64,000 nucleotides of DNA from Octopus vulgaris (taxonomy: Eukaryota), in contig OX597818.1 in assembly GCA_951406725.2 (NCBI GenBank), positions 94,364,001 through 94,428,000 on the forward strand, in the 5' to 3' direction. The translations under genes were made by a program, and so were the position numbers. Positions 13,910 to 25,577 of this stretch are shown one piece after another. The notes under the pieces are model-generated. The model was given only the letters and a program-made list of their open reading frames with translations, was not told the origin of the DNA and did not search any database. Each line of letters begins with the position of its first letter. Position 1 is the stretch's first letter.

Positions 13910-14390
13910 AGATAAGACAGTAAGGTGTGATTTGAGGGAGATTTGGCTGCTATTTCTACCATGTCTAGCTGCCATGTAGGGGTCTCCCTCATAGGCTCAT
14001 ACATACATATATACATAGATAAGACAGTAAGGTGTGATTTGGGGGAAATTTGGCTGCTATTTCTACCAGGTCTAGCTGCCATGTAGGGGTCTCCCTCATA
14101 GGCTCATACATACATATATACATAGATAAGACAGTAAGGTGTGATTTGGGGGAAATTTGGCTGCTATTTCTACCAGGTCTAGCTGCCATGTAGGGGTCTC
14201 CCTCATAGGCTCATACATACATATATACATAGATAAGACAGTAAGGTGTGATTTGGGGGAAATTTGGCTGCTATTTCTACCAGGTCTAGCTACCATGTAG
14301 AGGTCCCCCTCATTGGCTCATATATATATACATACATAAGACAGTAAGGTGTGATTTGAGGGAGATTTGGCTGCTGTTTCTACCAGGTCT
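13910..14390. repeat. 107-bp minisatellite, about 4.5 units, SINE-derived
   Basis: Units start at about 13911, 14018, 14125, 14232 and 14335. The unit contains the SINE motif gaaatagcagccaaatYtcccYcaaatcacacc (minus strand), also seen at about 26340 and 26990. Confidence 0.9.
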
Positions 14391-14755
14391 GTTAGGCCTT
14401 CTCATGTAAACTCAAGCTTTCTCATGCCTTGAACATAAGACCAAAGCAGAGAATGTATTCTTTTATTCTTCTGCTTTTTCCAGCCATTGGTCTGTGGCCA
14501 TGCTGGGGCAATGCCTTGAAGAATTGTAGTTTAATGAATCAACTCCAGTTTTATTTTTGTAAGCATTGTACTTATTCTATCTGTTTCCTTTGTCAAACCA
14601 CTAGGTGACAGGGATGTAAACAAACCAACATTCGTTGTCAAGCAGTGGTGGAGGACAATCACAAGCACAGACACGCACACACACACACATACATGCATAC
14701 ACATATACACACATACATACATACATACATATATATATATGTGTGTATATATATA

Positions 14756-15076
14756 TTGCAGCCTGGAAGGTGTTTGTAAGCCATTTAAGAAACACAAAAA
14801 CCGTTACATTCACTTCAACATTTAAATTTAATTTGCCAAAATATTTTCGTCGCTTTGAGACCGCGACCTGTTCACTGACAAAAATATCGTGCTAACAGGT
14901 CGCGGTCTCAAAGCGACGAAAATATTTTGACAAATTAAATTTAAATGTTGAAGTGAATCTAACGGTTTTTGTGTGTTTCTTAAATGGCTTATAAACACTT
15001 TCAACGCTGCAACTGTTTTCGTTCCAGCACACGATCTCAGATCAAGTCACTTGCTATGCAAGTACATCTCTGTAAC
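14756..15076. mobile_element. PLE-type tail-out palindrome in (TA)n
   Basis: Arms 14756-14872 and 14894-15012 are near-perfect inverted repeats with a 21-nt spacer and a one-sided extension to 15076, flanked by (TA)n; contains a hammerhead fold. Confidence 0.8.
14832..14882 (-). ncRNA. type I minimal hammerhead ribozyme, G3-C8 core variant
   Basis: UUUGUCA GUGAACA G GUCGC ggucucaaa GCGAC GAA AAUAUU U UGGCAAA: 7-bp stem I, 5-bp stem II, palindromic stem III, UUU triplet. Confidence 0.65.
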
Positions 15077-15176
15077 TATATATATATTTATATATATATA
15101 TATATATGTATATTGGTAAAAACAGTAAGATAACAAAAGAAAGAAAGAGACCTCAATATTATGTAAATAGAGGAAA

Positions 15177-15569
15177 TCTTTATATATAAAAGTGAAGTTG
15201 TGTGTCTGTCTCCTACGATTTAGATTCCTAACTACTCCCACATTTTGCGGTGCAGTTTAACCAAAACCGGGTATCTTATAGTCGTGATTCATATCGAGAC
15301 CGTCTGGGTATTAGCGTGCGTCTATGATGAGTCTACGATTTAAAAAAAAATTTACCATCAATTTTTCCCATTTTTAATCCATTTTTGACATATATAAGGG
15401 AAGTAACTCTCTAAAATTTATTATTAAATCTCAGAACGTAAAAAGTTACAGTAACACCCTCCCCCTTTGTGCTTAGCCATATTGAGATGGCTATTATACT
15501 TTACATCTCTAAAAATGCTTATATAATTATTTCCCTTACAAACCCGAGCAACGCCGGGCGATACTGCTA

Positions 15570-15570
<1 letters not shown>
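15177..15570 (+). mobile_element. non-autonomous Helitron
   Basis: A|TC 5' end (tctttatatataaaag), subterminal GC hairpin cccgagcaacgccggg, 3' CTAG|T, no TSD. Confidence 0.85.
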
Positions 15571-15609
<39 letters not shown>

Positions 15610-15652
15610 GTATATTTATTAATTAATTATTTTATTGTTCTAGTTTATTTTT

Positions 15653-15739
15653 AACCTGATGAGTGACTATATTTATATCTAAGTGATTTCTCTACTACTA
15701 TAATCATTTCTTAAATATAGCCACGAAACACGTGTCATT
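15653..15739 (+). ncRNA. type I hammerhead ribozyme motif with long stem II
   Basis: CTGATGA, stem II gtgactatattta/taaatatagccac (12 of 13 pairs), GAAA cacgtg TC (palindromic stem III, GUC triplet). Stem I aac/att is broken, probably by CpG decay of gtcgtt. Lies in an AT-rich segment bounded by (TA)n. Confidence 0.75.
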
Positions 15740-15897
15740 TTTCTACAAATTATATACGTTTTTATTATTATGTTTTTGCAATTTACTTAATCATTGATAT
15801 TTTATTGTTATTTTAATTTTAATATTTCTATTATATGTAATTTTCTAGATGGTGTAATTTAATTGTTCATTTTGAATTGATAAAAGGTGGTTTTTTC

Positions 15898-15931
<34 letters not shown>

Positions 15932-15963
15932 TACATATATATTTATACATACACACATCATAT

Positions 15964-16113
15964 ATAATTATAATAGAGTGTACGCAAAGTACCAGCTTGC
16001 TATATACGAGAGTTAAGAACCTCAAATAAGCCACTAATGACACTGAAAAACATAATGGAGGCTTGTAACTCATATCTAGCAAGCTGGTGCTTTGTCTACC
16101 CTCTATTATAATT
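15964..16113. repeat. imperfect inverted repeat (about 50-bp arms)
   Basis: ataattataatagagtgtacgcaaagtaccagcttgcta pairs with tagcaagctggtgctttgtctaccctctattataattat; the loop holds a very decayed cca-CTAATGA...GAAA...tgg motif. Confidence 0.65.
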
Positions 16114-16244
16114 ATAATTTTTATTGTATAGAAATTTAATGCTATTATTGCTTGCTGGCCACAAATATAAATAATAATTGTTGTTATTATCAATTATTTA
16201 TATTTACTGCTGATGACGACAATAATAATAATAATAATAATAAC

Positions 16245-16281
<37 letters not shown>

Positions 16282-16471
16282 TTTATATGAATATTCATTT
16301 GAATACTTACTCATTTTTATACATACATATATCACACAAATACACACACACAGACACACATGCATGCACACACACAGACACAAAGACAAAAATTAGTTAC
16401 ATTTTGATGTGGAGAATTTCTAATAGAAAATTTCTTACATGGCTATCTAACATGTAGAACTTTGTAATTCC

Positions 16472-16804
16472 TGGAGTAAGGGTTGTTTGCCAGCATAACA
16501 TGGTAGTCCTGGTTTAGGATGAATGTTGCTGTAATTTAGCTCCAGGAGACATTATCTCCAGCTGGTTATACTACACGATCTTTGTCCTTACATTTTTCGA
16601 ACAAGGGAATCTAGCACCCCCACTCAGCTCAAAACAATATCTGTGACTTCCAGGTTATTTCCCTTCATCAGCACATCGAAAATTGTAAGGACACAGATTG
16701 TGTCGTATAGCCAGTTGGAGATGATGTTTCATGGGGCAAAATTGCAACAACTTTTGTCCTAAACCAGGACTGCTATGTTACATTGGCAAACAACCTTTAC
16801 TCCA
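16472..16804. repeat. old inverted repeat (about 130-bp arms) with hammerhead remnant in the spacer
   Basis: Arms 16472-16600 and 16677-16804. The spacer minus strand reads gtgCTGATGAAgggaaataacctGGAAgtcaca. Confidence 0.7.
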
Positions 16805-17088
16805 ATATTGCTGATTATCTCTCGTTGTGAGATTTAAAAATAGTAATTTTCTAATTTGTAATTCCTGTTAGCGAATGGAACATGTGTAATGGTGAGTAAC
16901 ACCAAAAATGTTTCAATAACTTGTTTTGTTATACACTAACTCTGCAAATGATATTTCCATAATTCTCAATTTTAATATGAATTTTGAACTAACATACAGC
17001 AGTAATTGGGACTACATATTGGATGAAGCAGATGTGCTTCAAGAGGAAACATCTGGGAATTACCCTAACTACCTACATTTTATATACA

Positions 17089-17133
<45 letters not shown>

Positions 17134-17225
17134 GTGTGTGTGTGTGAGTGTTACTGACACCTTGCCTTGACCTCATGTGATGGTTGTAATTGTGTGTCAC
17201 TGTTGGCAAGAAGTGTCCTTCATTT

Positions 17226-17456
17226 AGGCGGTGAGCTGGCAGAAATGTTAGCACACCGGGCGAAATGCTTATCGGTATTTCGTCTGCCGTTACGTTCTGA
17301 GTTCAAATTCTGCCAAGGTCCACTTTACCTTTCACCCTTTTGGGGCCGATAAATTAAGTACCAGTTACGCACTGGGCTCAATGTAATTGACTTAATCCCA
17401 TTGTCCGTCTTTGTTTGTCCCCTCTATGTTTAGCCCCTTATGGGCAATAAAGAAGT
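17226..17456 (+). mobile_element. SINE family B with 18-bp TSD
   Basis: ggcggtgagctggcagaa...gagttcaaattc...cctttcaYcctttYgggg..gataaattaagtaccag; TSD aagaagtgtccttcattt at 17208-17225 and 17457-17474. Other copies lie at about 32010-32217(-), 36130-36340(-), 37506-37720, 38385-38616(-), 39360-39600(-), 48143-48540, 49013-49458, 58400-58613 and 59855-60050(-). Confidence 0.9.
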
Positions 17457-18624
17457 AAGAAGTGTCCTTCATTTCCAATCTTCCATGGAAACAGGTAAGG
17501 GTTGGCAACAGGAAGGGCAACCAGCTGTAGAAATTCTACCTCAACAAAATTTAGTCTTACCCTCGTAAGAATGGAAAAGTGAACACTGAAACAATGATGA
17601 TGATCAAAAAGAAACAGTCTGGTACCTTACCTTCTCTTATTATAAACAACATGCAGCTAAAACCTTTGAAGTTGCTCAAATGGTCTCTTATACAGAATTC
17701 ATGAGTAAAGGATTGCCAGAACTGCAGTATAAAGACTAAGGTTTCTGATCAGTTATTGATTTTCCAATAACTGAATTATAGCCCCCATCGGAACACTGCT
17801 CATATTTCTTTTCTTTTTTTTTTCTTTTTACTTGTTTCAGTCATTTTGACTGCAGTCATGCTGGAGCACCGCCTTTAATCAAGCAATTCGACCCCCGGAC
17901 TTATTCTTTGTAAGCCCAGTACTTATTCTATCGGTCTCCCTTGCCGAACCGCCAAATGACGGGGACATAAACACACCAGCATCGGTTGTCAAGCAATGCT
18001 AGGGGGACAAACACATACACGCACATACATATATATACATATATACGACGAGCTTCTTTCAGTTTCCGTCTACCAAATCCACTCACAAGGCTTTGGTCAG
18101 CTCGAGGCTATAGTAGAAGACACTTGCCCAAGATGCTATGCAGTGCACACAGAAACATCTAAAGCCACATCCCAAAATAAAGGCCATTCAACACATTGAC
18201 AGTGAATCAGTCACCAACATACCTTGATCTTTGGCTCACACTGCTTGACTCCTCTCTCTCTCTCACTCCCTCCCCTCTCTGCTACAACTACAATCTTTCT
18301 CTGAATTAGCCACTGTTCATTTTCTGCAATTCTTAGTGTCCCATCTCCTAGGCACTGAAAACTTCAGTCAGTCATTTCATCTTCAGAACTGCAGTCTTTT
18401 GAATTTTCTTTCCTGCCTATGTTGTACCTGTGTATGGTAAAGCTGAACATAAACTATATCAGTCTCACCTGATTAAGATGGACTGCAAAGTTTATGATGA
18501 GTGCTGCCCTTATCTTCTGATAAGCATTTTAATGACATGAAAAGGCAGACAGACAGAAAGAGATATTGATCAATTGATAGATAGATAAATTGACAGACAG
18601 GCAAATAGATAAATAGATAGATAA

Positions 18625-18657
<33 letters not shown>

Positions 18658-18813
18658 TAGATAAATAGATAGATAGGTACATGGATTCATAAATAAATAG
18701 AAAGACAAATAGATTGATGGATAGATACATAGATAAAAATATAGAAAAAAAAGAAAGAAAGAAAGACAGACTGATAGAAACAAGGAATAAAATAAAGCTA
18801 GATAGATATTCAG

Positions 18814-18856
18814 TCAACCTTCAGCTGGATCTACAACTCCAGCTTCTTCAAGTTGA
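18814..18856 (-). ncRNA. degenerate hammerhead motif (stem III deleted)
   Basis: TCAAC TTGAAGA AGCTGGA gttgtaga TCCAGCT GAAG GTTGA: perfect 5-bp stem I and 7-bp stem II. Confidence 0.55.
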
Positions 18857-19594
18857 GGCTGCTTGAATCTGAGATGAGCTGTGGTAGATAGGTGTGACAT
18901 TAGATTATTAAAGGTTGCCTGAACATGAAGTAGGGTAGAAAAGTGGTGGGGTGAGGAGTTTTGACCATAATCTTAGAATATTAGCAGAGTAGCATGTGAT
19001 GCTGACTGAAAGTGAGATAAAGTAAAGACAGAGGTGGGTTGAGTGAGCTAGGTCAGGTCTTAGAATGTAAAGAATATTAAGAATATTGATAGAGGGCAAA
19101 TGGTGGGTTGGGGAAAATTCAGAGAGAAGTTAGAGAAAAAGTGACAAATTCTGATATTGGGAACAATATTGGAATAATACATAATCACAACACACTTTTA
19201 CTAAGTTACCACTCCTTTGTCGTTCAGTACAATAGACATTCTTTTGTAGCTTATATCTTCAGTTAATAACTTTAGCTGTTGTTGTAGATAGGACATTCTG
19301 GTTCTTATTGGCATCTGTAATAAAATTCTTTTCAGTTTTGGCACCAGGCCAACAATTTTGTGAGAAGGACTTCATTGATACAATATTACACAGTACTGGT
19401 TATTTATTTTATAGACCCTGAAGAGATAGAAGGGAAAGTTGACATCAGCAAAATGTGAATGCAGAACTCAAAGAGTCACAGGCATGGCAGTGTAGTTATG
19501 AAGTTTACATTGCAAGAACATGGTTTTGGGTTCTGTCTCACTGTGCAACACCTTGGGCAAGTGTCTTCTACTATATCCCCAGGCCTCTATCTGT

Positions 19595-19880
19595 CATTAA
19601 TGCAGTGTGTCCTCCTTCTCCACATCACTGATGGGTTCAAAGGAACAGCATGGCCATTACAATTTAGCACCAGTGTCATTACAGAAGTTGCCAGAAGACA
19701 ACTTCGAACAGCTTCAGGTACTCCAACTCCTAACTGTTTCTCAGGGTTCACTCCCAAAACCTTTCCCAGGACTGGATATGCTTGCAATGCAGCAGAAATT
19801 TGGAATCAGGCTTCCTCTTCCCCATGATTGGTTCCCTGACCAGCATTACCACACCTGCCTAACTGAACTGACTTGTAAAT
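19595..19880 (-). mobile_element. probable RTE LINE 5' UTR fragment
   Basis: ggtcagggaaccaatc...ggagtgaaccctgagaaa...ggagttggagtacct...ctggcaacttctg resembles RTE 5' UTRs (recalled, not searched); it splits a SINE A copy. Confidence 0.4.
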
Positions 19881-20092
19881 TAACCCACAGCTGAGACCCT
19901 GACAAGTGCTTTTACTCTGGGTAAGAATGAACTTGGGAACAATAGTGGCTAAGAAGTGGTTTCACAATCCTCAAAACTCTTGAACTCCTGAACCATGAGC
20001 CCACTGCTAAATACACTTCTAAGTCATATAAATTCTGGGATTTGAGCTCAGAGTGACCAATGAATTTGGTAGACAGAAACTGCTGGGAAGAT

Positions 20093-20129
<37 letters not shown>

Positions 20130-20707
20130 TCTCCTCTTCCCACCACTGACAACTAGTATTGGTTTGTTTTATGTCACTGCAGCTTAGTGGATCGGCAAAA
20201 GATAAAAATAAGCACCAGACTTAAAAATAAGTACTGGGGTAGAGTTGTTTGACTAAACAGTTCAAAGCAGTACTCCGGTATGGCTACAGTCCAATGACTG
20301 GAATAAAAAAAATAATAAAATGTAAAATATGAAGCATAAAAGTCGAAAGCAACATTTGCAAAGTATTTTTTTCCATTGCTCTAACATTTCCATTTACCAA
20401 CAGCTACAACAATAAAAATGTAATAAAAACCGTAACAAGAACAGAAATAAAAACAACACGGTGATTTTCTGTTATATGTATACACACACACTGACATGCA
20501 TACAAATGAACATATACATAAAACACTCATATGCACATGTGTGCAAACATAGACAGACACACTCATACAGAAGTTCCAATATATGCATAAATCAGTTTAT
20601 TAGAAGAAAAATGTGTATATATGTATTCATGCCAGCGAGCACATGTGTATGTGCGTGTGTGTGTGTACATACATACATATATCCATACATATATGTATGT
20701 ATGTATG

Positions 20708-20741
<34 letters not shown>

Positions 20742-20932
20742 TGTATGTATGTATAGCATGATCTGAAAGCATCAGAAAAGCAACAGACAATATTTAGTTA
20801 ACACAATTCAATCTTGATGAGCCATCATCTTAGATAGCTATATATTTATATCAATATATATCTATCAATCAAACTTTCCTCCCACCCCTCTCTCTGAGGT
20901 ATGTATGTATGTATGTATGTATGTATGTATGT

Positions 20933-21392
20933 ATATGTGCAGATTTGTATGTTTTGCTTTATGTATGTATTTTCATGCATATAGTTGCATATCTAGACAT
21001 GCTCATATATTTTCAAATGATAAACTTCTGGAAAGTGTTGTCTTCGACTTCACTTTCTCCTTTCTGGTTTTGAGACGTCTAATTTCCCAAGATTGGTATT
21101 TAGGCAGCATGTTACATATCCCAGTGCCCTAATAATTACAGGTATAAACCTGAACTCTTAATCTAGATAGAGTAACTGCAGATTTCTCAATAATTCGGCG
21201 CAGGTGTTCTCTTTTTCATTGATCTTCAGTTTTATGTTAACATCCGCTGGGCATCTAGTTTCCACAACTGCACACGGTTTCTCTTCTCAATCCGAAATCA
21301 TTATATCAGGTCTGTTGTGCTTATATTTTATTGAGGTCTTCACTGGAGCATTCCACCAGTACTCCTTTTTTCTATGAGTGGCTAAGGTTTCC
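20933..21392 (-). mobile_element. Dong/R4-type non-LTR retrotransposon 3' end (restriction-like endonuclease)
   Basis: KEYWWNAPVKTSIKYKHNRPDIMI...VVETRCPADVNIKLKINEKENTCAELLRNLQLLY...FIPVIIRALGYV is an RPD/E/K RLE domain; the 3' UTR runs into (CATA)n. Confidence 0.85.
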
Positions 21393-21522
21393 ACCATACT
21401 ATGGGTTCATGTATATATATATATAACGGGAAGGTTTATGAAAATAAACAAAAGACAAAGGCAGGTGGAGTACAAACAAACAAATGTATTAGTATGGTGC
21501 TCAGGAATAGACATAGAAGAAG

Positions 21523-21560
21523 TCTTTTACGTTTCGAGCCTACGCTCTTCGACGGAAAGA
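21523..21560 (-). ncRNA. minimal type I hammerhead, CCGUCGA-A core variant
   Basis: UCUUU CCGUCGA A GAGC guag GCUC GAA ACGU A AAAGA; sits in a PLE-type tail (21425-21628) between (TA)n tracts. Confidence 0.65.
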
Positions 21561-21623
21561 TACACAGAAAAGAAACAAGGAGAGAAAAAAAAGCATGTAG
21601 GAGTTAACGGTCTATCATGGCGT

Positions 21624-21662
<39 letters not shown>

Positions 21663-21845
21663 TTAGATTTTGTCAAGGATGTAGTAGAGTACAGATAAAG
21701 CTCATCCACTTTCAGATTTCACCCAGTGTTATCAAACAGTAGTATTATACCTACTACCAGATTTACATTGGGGCTTCTGTAGTGTGTAAATGCATAATTG
21801 AATAAGTTGAAATCAACAAGAAGTACAGAGGAACATTTATTTGTG

Positions 21846-21944
21846 ATCACTGCAACTGTTTCCAACATAGTTCTCCAAGTCTGCAGGTATTTAGTTATGT
21901 AACCATTTCCTTGCATTATAAGATCTTGTGCTTCATCAGGTGAT
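21846..21944 (-). ncRNA. degenerate type I hammerhead motif in PLE remnant
   Basis: ATCAC CTGATGA A...(long stem II region)...GAAA cagttg CA GTGAT; stem I is perfect, U16.1 is mutated to C. Confidence 0.55.
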
Positions 21945-22527
21945 ATATCAAGATTGTTTCTGCATCCTGTAAACTCAAATTTTCGGCTTTGACCACATCC
22001 TTTCTCTCTGTTGTGGCTATATGTTATAGTAGTAACTACTAAGTATATCAAAATGTGTGTTGAAAGTTTGTTGATGAATCTGTTTTAAATGTGTAGATGG
22101 AGTGGGAGGATGGCTATGCTAAGGATGGTAAGTATTGAGGTTCATATTAAAGGGAGTGTCAGTCTATTACTTTGTACTGCTAATTCATTCTTTATGGTCG
22201 GTTACCCTTGCAATTACCACTGGCTGACCTTCAAGAATTCACTAGTCAATTGTTTGACAAATTTACATGTACTTATAAATCGTTCTATATAGATCTGCAT
22301 ATATAATCTACATATATACACACTCAGATATACACATACATGTTCTCATCTATACATATACACATACGTACCTAACTTTACATACATATGCTCATGTATG
22401 CTTACATATACAAATTCATATACACACATACATCCATATGTGTACTCATGCTCATACACACACACACAAATATATGCATATACATATGCATATACATACA
22501 TGTATACACATATATGCATAGATAGAC

Positions 22528-22560
<33 letters not shown>

Positions 22561-22574
22561 CATACATACATACA

Positions 22575-22606
<32 letters not shown>

Positions 22607-22877
22607 CATACACACACACACGTGTAAATATATCTATACACACTCACACACACGTGCGTGTGTGTGTGTGATCATTGTTTTAAAATCAATTTCCAATGCT
22701 TATGTAGGTTAGATGGAATTTGGTGAGGCAGATTTTGTACAGCAGGATGCTGTTCCTGTTGCCGACCCTCACTCACTTCCAAAGGAAATGAACAACATCA
22801 TTTGTATGACAGTAATGTTTCTTTACAATCATCACATGATGTCAAGACAAGGGTGAACACATGAGACAAGGGTACAT

Positions 22878-22909
<32 letters not shown>

Positions 22910-23689
22910 TGAGGTGCTTTCAGTTTTCATCAACCAAATCCACTCGTAAGGTTTTGGTCAGCCTGGGACCATAGTACAAGACACTCACTCACAACACTAC
23001 ACAGTGGGACTGTACCCACGACTACACATTTTGGAAGTAAGCTTTTTAACCATACAGCCATGCCTGTGCCTATGCTGGAAATTAATATTTTTATAAGCAA
23101 CAACAACAGCAGCAGCAGCAACAACAACAACAACAACAACAGCAGCTGCAGCAGCAGGGCACTCTCTTCCTCTTTTTTTATCGTCTTTCCAAAGCTTTTG
23201 CTGTAGTTTTCATAATGTTGCTATGTATGTATGACTTGTGTTTTAATGATATTGATGTAGTGATTATCCTGTATCTGATCTTTCTCTTTATTTAGTTTAA
23301 TTTAAGTTTTATTTTCAAGAGAAATCAACTCTGTTGACATTTGAAATTCTATTATTCAGTCTAGAGAATATTTAACAACATATAAAAAAAAAAAAAAAAT
23401 TTCTAACTGAAGTGTAAATTTAAGATTGTGAAGTAAAAACCAAATTGGAAAGGATGAAGTGGTTTTTTTTTCATATAAAAAGTCAATAAAGGAAGTATAG
23501 ACTAAAAAGAAAATCTTGCTAGCTGAAACCATGCAAACAAAGTTCTGTGTAAACTGTACACACATATATCTGTACATACATATATATATGTGTGTATGTA
23601 TGCATGTATGTTTATATGCATGCATAGATATAGATATATATATATGTACATATATATATATATTTATATAATCTTTACTCTACTCCTAA

Positions 23690-24160
23690 GCAAATTTGAG
23701 GCATCAAACAGAAGTTGCTGGTTCACAATTTCCCTGCTACTCCTATACAAGTTGATGGGAAAAAACTTAATGTATGTGAGGTCATTTACATTTCTTGATA
23801 GCAAAGTGAACTTGAGCATTTCCCTTAATGATGAAATTATCAACCATCTTGTGGAAGCAACCAACACATTTGGCAAACTCCATCATCACCTATGAAAGGG
23901 GTATTAAACTTAACACCAAAGTACGGGTCTATAAAGCTGTCATTCTTGTTACTTTCTTGTATGGTTCAGAATTGTGTACACCCTATAGGTGGCACAATAA
24001 CCAACTAGACATCTTCCACAAAAACTGTCTCAGAACAATCTGTAGTTATACATTAAATGACAGAGTGTTTAATGTCAGCCTGTTTAGCAAGTATAAAATT
24101 GGTGGAATTAAGTGCATCCTTAAGCAACTGCAATTGTGCTGGACTGGCACAATGTGGTCC
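23690..24160 (+). mobile_element. RTE-1/BovB-like LINE C-terminal fragment
   Basis: FTFLDS...EIINHL...FGKL...GIKLNTKVRVYKAVILVTFLYGSE...QLDIFHKNCLRTI...QLCWTG. Confidence 0.8.
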
Positions 24161-24164
24161 TTTT

Positions 24165-24954
24165 CAAGATAGTCAATAAATACAATGTCTTTTGAATTCC
24201 CGAAAACTGAGGCCATCACCATCTCTGTAGATGAAACGACCTTGGACTTCTCTGGAGCAAGTGAGTAGGTGTGTTTCTACTGTCTCTTACTCGAAGTGAT
24301 GAACCCAACATTCATCCTGGATTAGGAAATGCTCAAAGAAACCAGCTAGAACTGTCTGAAACAATGTCTGATATGATCAGCATAGTATGCTTTGATCAGG
24401 TATCACAAGACCTGGCACCCACCAAACAGAAACCTTCTTCATGCCAAGTTCATTATGCAGGATGTTCTTAACTTTCTCACAAGATATGCTTATAACATTG
24501 GCTATTTGGTTTATAGTCAATTGCTTGTTGTCCATTACCACATGATGAACATAATCAATGGTTACCTCAGTGGTGGCAATTACAGGATGTCCAAACCATG
24601 GGTTATCTTTAAGACTCTCCCTTCCCTTCCTAAATTCAGCTGCTCACTTATGTGCTGTTGATAAAGCTGGAGCATCATCCCTTGATGTAACAACCATGTC
24701 GGCATGAATGTCATTGGGGGATAAACCCTTTTTCTGGAGGTACTTGATAACATGACGATGCCAAATTTTGTTCATTTTCAAGAGAAGTGGCTACTAGTTA
24801 CGATTGAAGTCTTCTTTGAACAATGAGATATCAGTTTACCTGGAAAAAAACAGTGTAGTATTTAAAAAGACAAGTTGAAGTTCATGCAAACAAGATTTCA
24901 CAGCTCTAGCATCATTCCTTCATAGTCAGCCTATGAAATTTTCAACCTACCATT

Positions 24955-24956
<2 letters not shown>
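24165..24956 (-). mobile_element. mariner (irritans/Himar-like) remnant, 5' half
   Basis: MNKIWHRHVIKYLQKKGLSPNDIHADM...APALST...EFRKGRESLKD...GHP helix-turn-helix region, a later VMASVF motif, and a TIR-like end ggttgaaaatttcataggctga. Confidence 0.8.
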
Positions 24957-24988
<32 letters not shown>

Positions 24989-25327
24989 AATGGTAGGTTG
25001 AAAATTAACAAGTAATACTTTTGTCTTTCTTTCAGTTGCCACAGTAGGTTCCAATCACAAGCATTGCAAAATAACAGGTACTATTTTGAGAAGTTTTATT
25101 TCAATGTATCTCCCTACTAGAAGTTTTACTTTCCTTATGGCTTTGCCAAAAATAATGGGAGCTTCCTCTGCACTTGGGAAATTTACTTAGCCATAGACAG
25201 GACACTGACATGTACTAACATTCCAGTTTGAAATGAATCTGAGAGTAATGGTAATTAAGGGGTGGCTGCATGGTCCTCAAAAATCCAGAACTCCTGAACT
25301 GGAGCCTCACGACTAGATGCAGTTTAA

Positions 25328-25375
<48 letters not shown>

Positions 25376-25544
25376 ACACACATATGCATACACACACACA
25401 TACATATATATACATACATACACACACATACATACATACACATACATACGTACATACATACATGCATGCATGTATACATACATACACATACATGCATACA
25501 TACATACATACATGCATACATACATACATACATACATACATACA

Positions 25545-25577
<33 letters not shown>

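Noticed and set aside
13910-14390. Regularly spaced repeats resembling a CRISPR array
   Set aside because: Whole units are repeated with no unique spacers, the context is eukaryotic and there are no cas genes.
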